A stretch of 40,644 nt of DNA from Dehalococcoidia bacterium (GTDB taxonomy: Bacteria; Chloroflexota; Dehalococcoidia; DSTF01; WHTK01), in the NCBI GenBank assembly GCA_035292965.1, contig DATDPC010000111.1:1-40644 (forward strand), read 5' to 3'. The stretch's first letter is position 1. Each line of letters opens with the position of its first letter. The translations under genes were made by a program, and so were the position numbers. Shown piece by piece: positions 27,060 through 35,075 of this stretch. The notes beneath the pieces were generated by a model. It had not been told where the DNA came from. It did not search any database and saw only the letters and a program-made list of their open reading frames with translations.

Positions 27060-27865
27060 GCCGTTCCCTCCTCCAGCTGCGCGGCGAGCGAGGCGAGGAT
27101 CGCCTCCACGCCTTCGACACCGGCGACGGTTGTGTCCGCCGCCTCGTAGACCATCGCGTCTGTCTCTGCGTCTGTTACGGCGACAGCGAGGCCCGGCAGG
27201 CCGTCTTCGCTGCGCCGTCGCGCTATCGCCCTGAACACGGCCGCGTCCGAAAGGTCATCGCCGATGAAGACGACACCGCGTATGCCGTGGTCGCGCAGCA
27301 GCCGCGCAACGGCGACGCTCTTGTCCGGCAGGCCGGCCGGCACCAACTCCAGCACCTGCTTGCCCTGTACGACACGCGCCCCCTCCGACTGCGCCAGCGG
27401 CGCCACGACCGTCAGAAGACGCTCGCCGACGGTTGCGTCATCGCAGTTGCGGTAGTGGAGCGAGAACGACACGCCCTTTGGTTCTATTTCGACGCAGGGG
27501 AAGTCGGCCAGCAAGGGCCGTACGGCCTCTTCCGCGGCGACGGCGTCGAAGCCGCCGGTCTCGTGCTGCGTCTCGTCGTCGATCGCGTACTGACCGACGT
27601 AGGTGACGTCGTCAAGGCCGACCATGCGCCTCGCCACGTCGCGCTCCCGTCCGGTGACGATGGCGACGAGGTCGATCTTGCGCGCGAGGCGTCGCAGGCT
27701 CTCGCGCGCCGAATCGCTGACGACGGCGTCTTCTGGGCGCGCGACGATGCGGCTGATCGTCCCGTCGATGTCGGTGATCAGGGCAGAGGGACGCTCCGAC
27801 AGCACGTCCGCGACGAGGCCAACCGTGTTCTCAACGGCGTTCATGTTTTGTCCGGGTAGGAGCAT
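27056..27865 (-). CDS. otsB: Trehalose-6-phosphate phosphatase (HAD-IIB)
   Basis: ALITDIDGTIS (DxDGT) and VFIGDDLSD motifs. 4-nt overlap with otsA. Alternative start at 27844. Confidence 0.85.
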   Translation of the reverse strand: MLLPGQNMNAVENTVGLVADVLSERPSALITDIDGTISRIVARPEDAVVSDSARESLRRLARKIDLVAIVTGRERDVARRMVGLDDVTYVGQYAIDDETQHETGGFDAVAAEEAVRPLLADFPCVEIEPKGVSFSLHYRNCDDATVGERLLTVVAPLAQSEGARVVQGKQVLELVPAGLPDKSVAVARLLRDHGIRGVVFIGDDLSDAAVFRAIARRRSEDGLPGLAVAVTDAETDAMVYEAADTTVAGVEGVEAILASLAAQLEEGTA

Positions 27866-28157
27866 CGCTTGTAAGGATGATCGGCAGATACGCCGCCGCA
27901 GGCAACGGACATTGCATTTTCCTTTCAGGGGCTTACGAGGTTAGCTGTCGGGTTAGGGTCTGAAAGTACCCCGGGCCGCCATTGCGACCCCACACCCCGT
28001 CCGTTGGTTCCCCCGTTCCCCCTTCTTTCGAAGAAGAGGGATTCGGCCACGTTGCCGTGGAGGCAACGTCTTACTTTACACCGCGCATAGCCCGCTTGAT
28101 AGGACGCATAGGTTGCATTGATGTTAATAAGCGGATAAAGCGCCTAACGGGCCGCCT

Positions 28158-28166
28158 TGATATAGT
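28158..28166 (+). promoter_or_regulatory. Extended -10 TGaTATAGT driving a leaderless mRNA
   Basis: The hexamer ends 6 nt before the ATG at 28173. No SD. Confidence 0.5.
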
Positions 28167-28172
28167 GCCGTC

Positions 28173-29066
28173 ATGCCGACGCTCCAGATCGTCTCCGCGC
28201 GACCTTTGTCCGGTAAGACCACCGTCGCCGTCTCGCTGGCGCAGGGCATCGCCGAGCGAGGCGGCCGTGTGCGACTCGTGCGCGCCGGTACAGGAAACGC
28301 TGCCAACGAAGACGCCGTGACCTTCCTCGACTGCATGTTTGCGACGTCCCTCGGCGAGCCCGTGACGACGCCCGCGCCCGCTGCCGCCGGCGAGACCGTC
28401 ATCCTCGAAGTAGACGCCGGCGGCGCCCTCGACGGCCTGCCGGCGATCGTCGTCGTCCGCGGCGCCTCGACCGCGGAGGACGTGACGCTCGCGAAGTCGC
28501 TGGGCGAACGCCTCGTCGGCACGATCGCCGTCGCCGTCGCGGCGCGCTCCGTCGAAGATGTCGGCCGCGACCTGACGAACACCGGCATGCACCCGCTCGC
28601 CGTGACGACCGAGGACCGCACGCTCGCAGCGCCGAGCGTCGACGAGATTCGCGACGCGCTCGGCGCGCGCGTCCTCTACGCCGGCGAGAATGAGCGTGAG
28701 GTCGTCGAAGACGTGCTGATCGCGCCGATCTACGCCGACCCGGCCCAGCCCCACTTCCGCCGCTTCGCCTCGAAGGCGGTGCTGGCGCCGTTCAACAAGA
28801 CCGACCTTCACCTCGCGGCAATCGAGACGCAGGCTGCCTGCCTCGTGATCACGGGTGGCCGCGACCCCAGCCCCTACGTCATCGACCGCGCCCAGGGCGA
28901 GGCGACGACGATCCTGCTGGCGCCGCAGCGCACGGCCGAGACGGTGGCAGCGCTGAGCGAGGTGTGGCTAACGTCGCGCTTCCGCGGCGATCGCAAGACC
29001 GCCGCCGCGGCACGCATCCGCGACCAGATCGACTTTCAGAGCCTGACGAAGAAGATCGAAGCCTAG
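28173..29066 (+). CDS. Stand-alone Pta-N-terminal-like protein (BioD-like P-loop domain + DRTGG domain)
   Basis: 297 aa. P-loop-like SARPLSGKTTVAVSLA at the N-terminus and LVITGGRD (DRTGG-type motif) in the C-terminal half. No PTA_PTB catalytic domain. Confidence 0.65.
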   Translation: MPTLQIVSARPLSGKTTVAVSLAQGIAERGGRVRLVRAGTGNAANEDAVTFLDCMFATSLGEPVTTPAPAAAGETVILEVDAGGALDGLPAIVVVRGASTAEDVTLAKSLGERLVGTIAVAVAARSVEDVGRDLTNTGMHPLAVTTEDRTLAAPSVDEIRDALGARVLYAGENEREVVEDVLIAPIYADPAQPHFRRFASKAVLAPFNKTDLHLAAIETQAACLVITGGRDPSPYVIDRAQGEATTILLAPQRTAETVAALSEVWLTSRFRGDRKTAAAARIRDQIDFQSLTKKIEA

Positions 29067-29072
29067 CGCGGT

Positions 29073-29837
29073 TCAGTTCGCCAGTGCCGGGTGCACGTTA
29101 TAGGACGTGTATGGCCGAGGTCGGACGAACCCGAGCTTCGTCGCGAGTTTCACAGATGGCTCGTTGTGCGCGTCCCAGCACGGCTCGATTTCGTGTTCGA
29201 CGCAGAAGTCGATGAACGCTGCCGCAGCAGCTAGAGCAAAGCCGCGACGGCGAAACTCCGGCTGCGTCTGAATATCGATCTCGGCTTTGCCGCCACCGAC
29301 CGCGAAGGCTGAGCAGCCCGAGACGTAGCGATCACCGTGTTTAACTCCGAAGCCGACGCCGCGCGACAGATAGTCGTCCAGCGAGTCGTAGTTGTAGACC
29401 AGAGAAGGCGCCAGGCGCCGATACGCCTCAACGTCGTTCGCTGTGACACGCTTCAACTCATAGCCCTGTTCAAGCTGCATGAAGCGTCGCAGGCTGTCCC
29501 GGTCCCATTCGCCGCTCTCGAAGTCGACGCGACGATGCGGCGTCAGGTTGGCTGCGCATTTCGCCCGCAGCGGCGCATGCCAGTCATCCGGAACAACCAG
29601 CCAGCCGGTTGCCGGCAGGCTGGCAACGAGGTCAGTGACCGCATCCGGGGTCGGACGCCCGCCAAACAAATGGAAGTCCAGGTGGAGCACGGCATATTGC
29701 GGCCTATCGATGTCGTTCGCGAGGGCATGCCCCATGCTGCCGGACAGGACGGCGCTGACCAGGCCATGCAGGCCAGGAGCGTCCTCGAAGAGTGGCGCCA
29801 GCACCTGCCTGGCTTCAGCCGGCACTTCGACAAGCAT
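29073..29837 (-). CDS. GNAT-family N-acetyltransferase (GNAT_acetyltran type)
   Basis: Start taken at MLVEVPAEAR (ATG 29837), because the longer ORF overlaps the upstream gene. C-terminal IQTQPEFRRRGFALAAAAAFIDFC...AHNEPSVKLATKLGF is the acetyl-CoA binding fold. Confidence 0.7.
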   Translation of the reverse strand: MLVEVPAEARQVLAPLFEDAPGLHGLVSAVLSGSMGHALANDIDRPQYAVLHLDFHLFGGRPTPDAVTDLVASLPATGWLVVPDDWHAPLRAKCAANLTPHRRVDFESGEWDRDSLRRFMQLEQGYELKRVTANDVEAYRRLAPSLVYNYDSLDDYLSRGVGFGVKHGDRYVSGCSAFAVGGGKAEIDIQTQPEFRRRGFALAAAAAFIDFCVEHEIEPCWDAHNEPSVKLATKLGFVRPRPYTSYNVHPALAN

Positions 29838-29854
29838 GGAAGAGCGAAGGCTAG

Positions 29855-30445
29855 CTAGCGGCCGACGGGCGGCTGCGTCGGTTGCTGCGGCCGCGTCGAG
29901 GTTGTCGTGCGGCGCGGCGGCGTCAGCGGCGCTGTTGTCTGCGCGCCGGCGGACGGCGGCGCGCTCTGCGCCTGGACGGCCGGTCGCGGCTGGGCGCGCT
30001 CCGTGGCGCAGTAGGGGCAGAGCAGCCAACTCGTGCGGACGAGGCGGGCGCAGGCGCGGCAGGGCTCGCGCAGCACCGTGCGGCAGTAGGGGCAGACGTT
30101 GAAGTCGTCGTCGATCGGGCGGCGGCAGACCTGGCAGGAGTTCGCCACCATCTGCAGCTCGTGAAGGATTGCCTCGGCCTCGAGGGACTGGTCGTAGGCG
30201 TCAGCGAGCGTCGCCTGCGGCCGGATCACGAGATAGACGATCAGCCCGGGGACGTTGAAGACGCCGACGAGGAGTATGGCGAAGAGCTGCGACGACTGGT
30301 CGTTGGTGCGATTGCGGATGTCGCGGTAGACCCAGATCAGGGCGCTCAGCCAGAGGACGAGCGCGTAAGCGACGAGCAGCAAGCCGAAGAGCTTGAGGGC
30401 CGATTCGAGGCTACCGCCAGGCCAACCGATCAGGATCGAGGTCAT
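29855..30445 (-). CDS. Membrane protein with PLDc_N-like N-terminal TM pair and double zinc ribbon
   Basis: LWLSALIWVYRDIRNR...LVIRP followed by CQVCRR...CPYCR...CRAC...CPYC. Pro/Thr/Gln-rich tail. Confidence 0.6.
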   Translation of the reverse strand: MTSILIGWPGGSLESALKLFGLLLVAYALVLWLSALIWVYRDIRNRTNDQSSQLFAILLVGVFNVPGLIVYLVIRPQATLADAYDQSLEAEAILHELQMVANSCQVCRRPIDDDFNVCPYCRTVLREPCRACARLVRTSWLLCPYCATERAQPRPAVQAQSAPPSAGAQTTAPLTPPRRTTTSTRPQQPTQPPVGR

Positions 30446-30564
30446 AGGTTCCTTTCGGTCAAAAGAGCGCTAACCGCGCAATTGTAGCATGCGGTTACGT
30501 CTAGCCAGAGCCGCATTCGTGTTACAAAACGGCTAGAAATACCGAAGGGTTCGAGACTGCCAAC

Positions 30565-30573
30565 TGGTAGAAT
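30565..30573 (+). promoter_or_regulatory. Extended -10 TGgTAGAAT upstream of pcrA
   Basis: Ends 12 nt before the ATG at 30586. No SD in the short leader. Confidence 0.45.
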
Positions 30574-30585
30574 TCATGCGAACGC

Positions 30586-32925
30586 ATGTACAGCCCCGAC
30601 GAAGACGCCATCGAAGTCCTCACCGAGAGTCCAATCCTCGAAGGCCTCAACCCCGCCCAGCACGACGCCGTCACCCACGCTGAGGGACCGCTACTGATCC
30701 TCGCCGGGCCCGGCTCCGGCAAGACGCGCGTCATCGCCCACCGCATCGCTCATCTGATCAGCGAGGCCGGCGTGCGCCCGGGCGCGATCATGGCGGTGAC
30801 GTTCACGAACAAGGCGGCGCGGGAGCTTCGCGACCGCGTCGAGGCGCTGCTCGGCAGCATCAGCGGCGGTTTGACGCTCGGGACGTTCCACTCCGTCTGC
30901 GCCCGCATCCTCCGCATCGACGGCGAGGCGATCGGCGTCCACCGAACCTTCGCGATCTACGACGACTCCGACCAGATCGCCCTGATGAAGCGCATCGCCG
31001 CCGAGTACAACCTGGAGCCACGCCAATACCCGCCGCGGGCGATCCTCTCGGTCATCTCGAAGGCGAAGAGCGAGCTACTTGGCCCGGAGGCGTTCGCGAC
31101 GAAGGTGAACACCTACTTCGAAGAGATCGTCGCCCGCTGCTACCAGCGCTACCAGGCGATGCTCGCGGAGAACAACGCCCTCGATTTCGACGACATCCTG
31201 ATGAAGGTCGTCGAGCTGTTCCGCGAGCACGACGACGTCCTCCAGCGCTATCGAGAGCGCTACGAGCACGTCCTCGTCGATGAGTTTCAGGACACGAACG
31301 TGGCGCAATACGTGCTCGCGCGCCTGCTGGCTCCGCCGCCCGACTCGAACATCTGCGTCGTCGGTGACCCGGACCAGTCGATCTACTCCTGGCGCAGCGC
31401 CGACATCCGCAACATCCTCAACTTCGAGCGCGACTACCCGAAGGCGACGGTCGTGCGCCTGGAACAGAACTACCGCAGCACCCAGACGATCCTCGACGGC
31501 GCCCAGAAGATCATCGCCGCGAACAAGCAGCGCAAGCAGAAGGACCTCTGGACGGAGAAAGGCCGCGGCGACCCTATCGTCCTCTACGAGGCCTACAACG
31601 AAGAGGAAGAGGCGGCGTTCGTCGCGGCGGAGGCGCGCCGTCTGACGAAGCAGGCCGGGCTGCGTCTCGGCGACGTGGCCGTCATGTACCGCACCAACGC
31701 CCAGTCCCGCGCGATCGAGGAGCGCATGGTCGCGGAGCACATACCGTACCGGCTCGTCGGCGGCACGCGCTTCTACGAGCGCCGCGAGATCAAAGACCTG
31801 CTCGCCTACCTGCGCCTCGTCCTCAACCCGTTCGATTCGGTCAGCCTCGACCGCGTGCTGAACGTGCCGCCGCGCCGCATCGGCGACCGCACGCAACACG
31901 AGCTGCGTTCGTGGGCGTCATCGATGGAGGTGCCGGCGTACACGGCGCTGCAGATGCTCGGCGGCGTCGAGGGCGACGGCGCCTACACCTCGTTCGAGCA
32001 GTTCCGCGCCAACGGCGCCCTCGAGAGCCCGTTCTCGGCAGCAGCGAAGACAGCACTGCTTGGCTTCCTCCAGCTGCTGAACGACCTGATCGCCGAGGCG
32101 CCGGTGCGCACTGTCTCGCAGCTGCTGACCGTCGTCGTCGAAAAGACGCAGTACCGCGAGTACCTCCTCGACGCCTTCCCCGCCGACGGCGAGGAGCGCT
32201 GGGAGAACGTCCAGGAGCTGCGCAACGTCGCCGGCCAGTTCGACGAGCTGGAGCCGGAGCACGCCCTGATGCGCTTCCTCGAAGACGTAGCGCTCATGTC
32301 AGACACGGACGAGTACGACGAGCAGATCGACGCGCTGACGCTGATTACACTGCACGCCGCAAAGGGCCTCGAGTTCCCAGTCGTATTCATCACCGGGATG
32401 GAAGAGGGGCTCTTGCCCCACATCCGCTCGTATGACGACCCGGACCAGATGGAAGAAGAGCGGCGCCTCGCCTACGTCGGCGTGACCCGCGCGAAGGACC
32501 GCCTCTATCTGGTGCGCTCATTCCGGCGCTCGATGATGGGTTCTTCCGGGCACAACCCACCGTCGCGGTTCCTCAAGGACCTGCCGGAGGAGTTGGTGCA
32601 CCAGGCGCACTCATACAGCGGCCACCGCGAGAGTGACCAGCAGCGACCCCAGATGCGTCCTCGCCAGCCGGCGTGGTCGACGATGTCGAGCTTCGGCACG
32701 CCAAACAGCGGCCGCGCCGACCGCCCGGACGACGCGCCGTTGCGCGCCAGCGCCACGTTCAGCGCCGGCGACCACGTGCGCCACGCGAAGTTCGGCGAAG
32801 GCGTCGTCGTCATGGCGGCGCTGACCGCCAACGGCGCCGACCAGGAGGTAACGGTGGCGTTCAAGGGCGAAGGCGGCGTGAAGAAGCTGCTCCTCTCGTT
32901 CGCGCCCCTGGAGAAGCTGGCGTAA
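30586..32925 (+). CDS. pcrA: ATP-dependent DNA helicase PcrA/UvrD
   Basis: 779 aa. LNPAQHDAV, AGPGSGKTRV, VDEFQDTN, TLHAAKGLEF, YVGVTRAK. Confidence 0.93.
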   Translation: MYSPDEDAIEVLTESPILEGLNPAQHDAVTHAEGPLLILAGPGSGKTRVIAHRIAHLISEAGVRPGAIMAVTFTNKAARELRDRVEALLGSISGGLTLGTFHSVCARILRIDGEAIGVHRTFAIYDDSDQIALMKRIAAEYNLEPRQYPPRAILSVISKAKSELLGPEAFATKVNTYFEEIVARCYQRYQAMLAENNALDFDDILMKVVELFREHDDVLQRYRERYEHVLVDEFQDTNVAQYVLARLLAPPPDSNICVVGDPDQSIYSWRSADIRNILNFERDYPKATVVRLEQNYRSTQTILDGAQKIIAANKQRKQKDLWTEKGRGDPIVLYEAYNEEEEAAFVAAEARRLTKQAGLRLGDVAVMYRTNAQSRAIEERMVAEHIPYRLVGGTRFYERREIKDLLAYLRLVLNPFDSVSLDRVLNVPPRRIGDRTQHELRSWASSMEVPAYTALQMLGGVEGDGAYTSFEQFRANGALESPFSAAAKTALLGFLQLLNDLIAEAPVRTVSQLLTVVVEKTQYREYLLDAFPADGEERWENVQELRNVAGQFDELEPEHALMRFLEDVALMSDTDEYDEQIDALTLITLHAAKGLEFPVVFITGMEEGLLPHIRSYDDPDQMEEERRLAYVGVTRAKDRLYLVRSFRRSMMGSSGHNPPSRFLKDLPEELVHQAHSYSGHRESDQQRPQMRPRQPAWSTMSSFGTPNSGRADRPDDAPLRASATFSAGDHVRHAKFGEGVVVMAALTANGADQEVTVAFKGEGGVKKLLLSFAPLEKLA

Positions 32926-32941
32926 CCACCTTGGACAACGT

Positions 32942-32963
32942 AGGCGAGCCTTTCCAGGCTCGC
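32942..32963 (+). terminator. Hairpin after pcrA (no clear U tract)
   Basis: ggcgagcc-tttcca-ggctcgcc. Confidence 0.3.
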
Positions 32964-33027
32964 CGCCAAGGCTGGAGAGCCTCGGTTACGGTCGAAGACG
33001 ATACGGCTCGTTTGATAGACACCGGGG

Positions 33028-33105
33028 CGTAGCGTCCTTCGACAAGCTCAGGAAGATGGGAGAGGCGTCTGGTTCTTCTTCCTGAGCTTGTCGAAGGACG
33101 CTACG
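33028..33105. repeat. Family-B hairpin element, copy 2
   Basis: Perfect 28-bp arms cgtagcgtccttcgacaagctcaggaag / cttcctgagcttgtcgaaggacgctacg with a 22-nt loop. Confidence 0.85.
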
Positions 33106-33113
33106 TTGCTTCT

Positions 33114-33153
33114 GTATAAGACGACCCATCTAAAGGAACGGGTCGTCTTATAC
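33114..33153. repeat. Perfect 14-bp stem hairpin upstream of the glsB-like gene
   Basis: gtataagacgaccc - atctaaaggaac - gggtcgtcttatac. Confidence 0.8.
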
Positions 33154-33198
33154 TCCGGCTAAGCACCGTGACGCTGCAGCACGAGAAGGAGTAGCGCC

Positions 33199-33453
33199 AT
33201 CTTCGACGACACGTCGATCGAGATACCGGGGATCATCGCCTGGGTCCTCGTGGGCCTTGCCGCCGGCTGGCTTGCGAGCCAGATCATGGGCGCGAAAGGC
33301 GGCCTGCTGAAGAACACGCTGCTCGGCCTCGTCGGCGCGATTGTCGGCGGCGTCTTGTTCTCGCTGATCGGCCTCGGTGGCGCGTCGAACATCATCGGCA
33401 GCATCGTTATCGCCACGGTTGGCGCCGTGATCGTCCTCGCGATCGTTAAGTAG
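33199..33453 (+). CDS. GlsB/YeaQ/YmgE-family (transglycosylase-associated) membrane protein; probable non-canonical ATC start
   Basis: The ORF track starts at GTG 33250, inside the first TM helix. The in-frame upstream sequence IEIPGIIAWVLVGLAAGWLA aligns with the family N-terminus. GAAGGAG (33185-33191) lies 7 nt before ATC 33199. There is no ATG/GTG/TTG between the upstream stop (33169) and 33250. Confidence 0.55.
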   Translation: MFDDTSIEIPGIIAWVLVGLAAGWLASQIMGAKGGLLKNTLLGLVGAIVGGVLFSLIGLGGASNIIGSIVIATVGAVIVLAIVK

Positions 33454-33459
33454 CGCCCC

Positions 33460-34056
33460 TCAGCTCGAAGCCATGCCTAGACGCGCCGCCATCAGCCTGA
33501 CAGCCTCGGGATAAGCCTCGCACTCAGCCGCGAAGACACGGTCGGCGAGCGTGTCCGGCGTGTCGTTCGGCAGGACGGGGACGCGCTTCTGCACCAGAAC
33601 CGGCCCGGTGTCGTAGTCGAGGTCGGCGAGGTGGACGCTGCAGCCCGACTCCGTCTCCCCGGCGGCGATCACGGCCTCGTGGACGCGGTGGCCGTACATG
33701 CCTTTGCCGCCGAACCTCGGTAGCAGCGCCGGGTGGATGTTGAGGACGCGGCCCGTGAAGCGCTCCGGGAACAGGTACCGGCGCATGAACCCGGCGAGCA
33801 GCACGAGATCGATCTCGTAGCCGTCGAGCACCGACGTTATCGCCTCGCTGAACGCCTCGTCGCTGCCCCAGCCGCGCCGGTCGACGATCTGGCAGGCGAT
33901 GCCCGCCCGCTTCGCCCGCTCGATGCCGCCGGCAAGCGGGTTCGTCGCGATGACGACCTCGATGCTCGCGTCCAGCTTGCCCGCGGCGATCAGGTCGATG
34001 AAGTTTTGCAGCGTCCGTCCGCCACCCGAGAGCAGCACAGCGAGTCGAACCGTCAC
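33460..34056 (-). CDS. purN: Phosphoribosylglycinamide formyltransferase
   Basis: LAVLLSGGGRTLQ, VLNIHPALLP, GCSVHLAD motifs. GTG start overlaps the PHP gene stop (GTGA). Confidence 0.9.
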   Translation of the reverse strand: MTVRLAVLLSGGGRTLQNFIDLIAAGKLDASIEVVIATNPLAGGIERAKRAGIACQIVDRRGWGSDEAFSEAITSVLDGYEIDLVLLAGFMRRYLFPERFTGRVLNIHPALLPRFGGKGMYGHRVHEAVIAAGETESGCSVHLADLDYDTGPVLVQKRVPVLPNDTPDTLADRVFAAECEAYPEAVRLMAARLGMASS

Positions 34057-34760
34057 GGCCGGCTGACCAGCGCGCGCGGTGGCGAGGCGTAGGTGGGCTT
34101 GAGGCCGAGACGCCAGCGGATCTTCGCGTAGGTGCTGATCCAGTGCACCATCGGCAGCGAGCGCCGGCCGACGACGCGGCCTCCCTTCAGCGACTCGAGC
34201 AGCTCCTGCGGCGTCTCGAAGGCGTCGAGCTCGAGCAGCGCGCCGCCCAGCTCCCAGGGCGAGTGCGAGTCCGTGCCGAGGGTCGTCGGCTTGCCGGTGT
34301 CGAGGGCGAGGGCTCTCGCCTTCGCGTCGTGGCGGGCGAGGATGTTGCGGCTGTTGAAGCCTTCGATCGCGTCGACGTCGTGCTTGATCCGCTCGAGGGC
34401 ATCGGCGGTGATCACGGAGCGGCGGAAGACGTCGAAGGGGTGCGGCACCACGGCGAGGCCGCCCTGCTCGTGGATCGCGCGCACGGTGTCTTCGGGGCTG
34501 AGGCCGCGCGGCACCAGCTCCTTGAGAAAGAGGCCGATGACCTCGCCCTCAGCCGTCTTCACCTCTTCGCCGACGATCACCATCAGCTCCGGCGGCGCCA
34601 GCTTCTCGATTACGAAGGCGCCCTCGATCTCGTTGTGGTCGGTCACGGCGATGACGTCGACACCCTTGCGCACGCAGATGTCGACCAAGGCGCGGGGGTT
34701 GATCACCGAATCGCGGGAGTAGTGGCTGTGGCTGTGGAAGTCGGCGCGGAGCTTAGGCAA
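34053..34760 (-). CDS. PHP-domain metal-dependent phosphoesterase
   Basis: DFHSHSHYSRDS...VIAVTDHNEIEG. TTG at 34760 overlaps the xseB stop by 8 nt. The ORF-track start 34802 would overlap xseB by 50 nt. Confidence 0.75.
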   Translation of the reverse strand: MPKLRADFHSHSHYSRDSVINPRALVDICVRKGVDVIAVTDHNEIEGAFVIEKLAPPELMVIVGEEVKTAEGEVIGLFLKELVPRGLSPEDTVRAIHEQGGLAVVPHPFDVFRRSVITADALERIKHDVDAIEGFNSRNILARHDAKARALALDTGKPTTLGTDSHSPWELGGALLELDAFETPQELLESLKGGRVVGRRSLPMVHWISTYAKIRWRLGLKPTYASPPRALVSRP

Positions 34761-35016
34761 GCGGTTCCTCGTCCGCCTCGTCCAGCGGCGCTTCGATTGC
34801 ATAGGCGTCGCTGGAGACGACGGTCTGCTTGAGCTTGGTTATGCGCAGCTCCGCCTCGTCGAGCAGCTGCTGGCAGCGCCGCGCCAACTCGACGGCGGCC
34901 TCGTAGGCCGAGAGCGAGTCGTCGAGGCTGAGGCCGCCCTGCTCGAGCAGCGAGACCTTCGCTTCGAGCTGCGTGTAGAGCTCCTCAAACGGCTGCTTTG
35001 ACTTAGCGGGCGCCAC
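34753..35016 (-). CDS. xseB: Exodeoxyribonuclease VII small subunit
   Basis: 87 aa. FEELYTQLEAKVSLLEQGGLSLDDSLSAYEAAVELARRCQQLLDEAELRI is typical of XseB. Confidence 0.88.
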   Translation of the reverse strand: MAPAKSKQPFEELYTQLEAKVSLLEQGGLSLDDSLSAYEAAVELARRCQQLLDEAELRITKLKQTVVSSDAYAIEAPLDEADEEPLA

Positions 35017-35058
35017 GTCTTCAGTCTATCGCGCGTGAGGGGGCAGTCGCCACGTGCT

Positions 35059-35067
35059 TGCTATCAT
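35059..35067 (+). promoter_or_regulatory. Extended -10 TGcTATCAT upstream of ccdA
   Basis: Ends 8 nt before the GTG at 35076. No SD. Confidence 0.4.
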
Positions 35068-35075
35068 GATTCCGC

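Noticed and set aside
24290-27149. Long antisense ORFs 24290..25381 (-) and 25941..27149 (+).
   Set aside because: They lie opposite xseA and otsA, which have clear family motifs. The composition is typical of GC-rich antisense frames.
29838-30029. 64-aa N-terminal extension of the GNAT ORF.
   Set aside because: It overlaps the 3' end of the upstream zinc-ribbon gene in another frame, is Ala/Arg-rich, and lies outside the GNAT fold.
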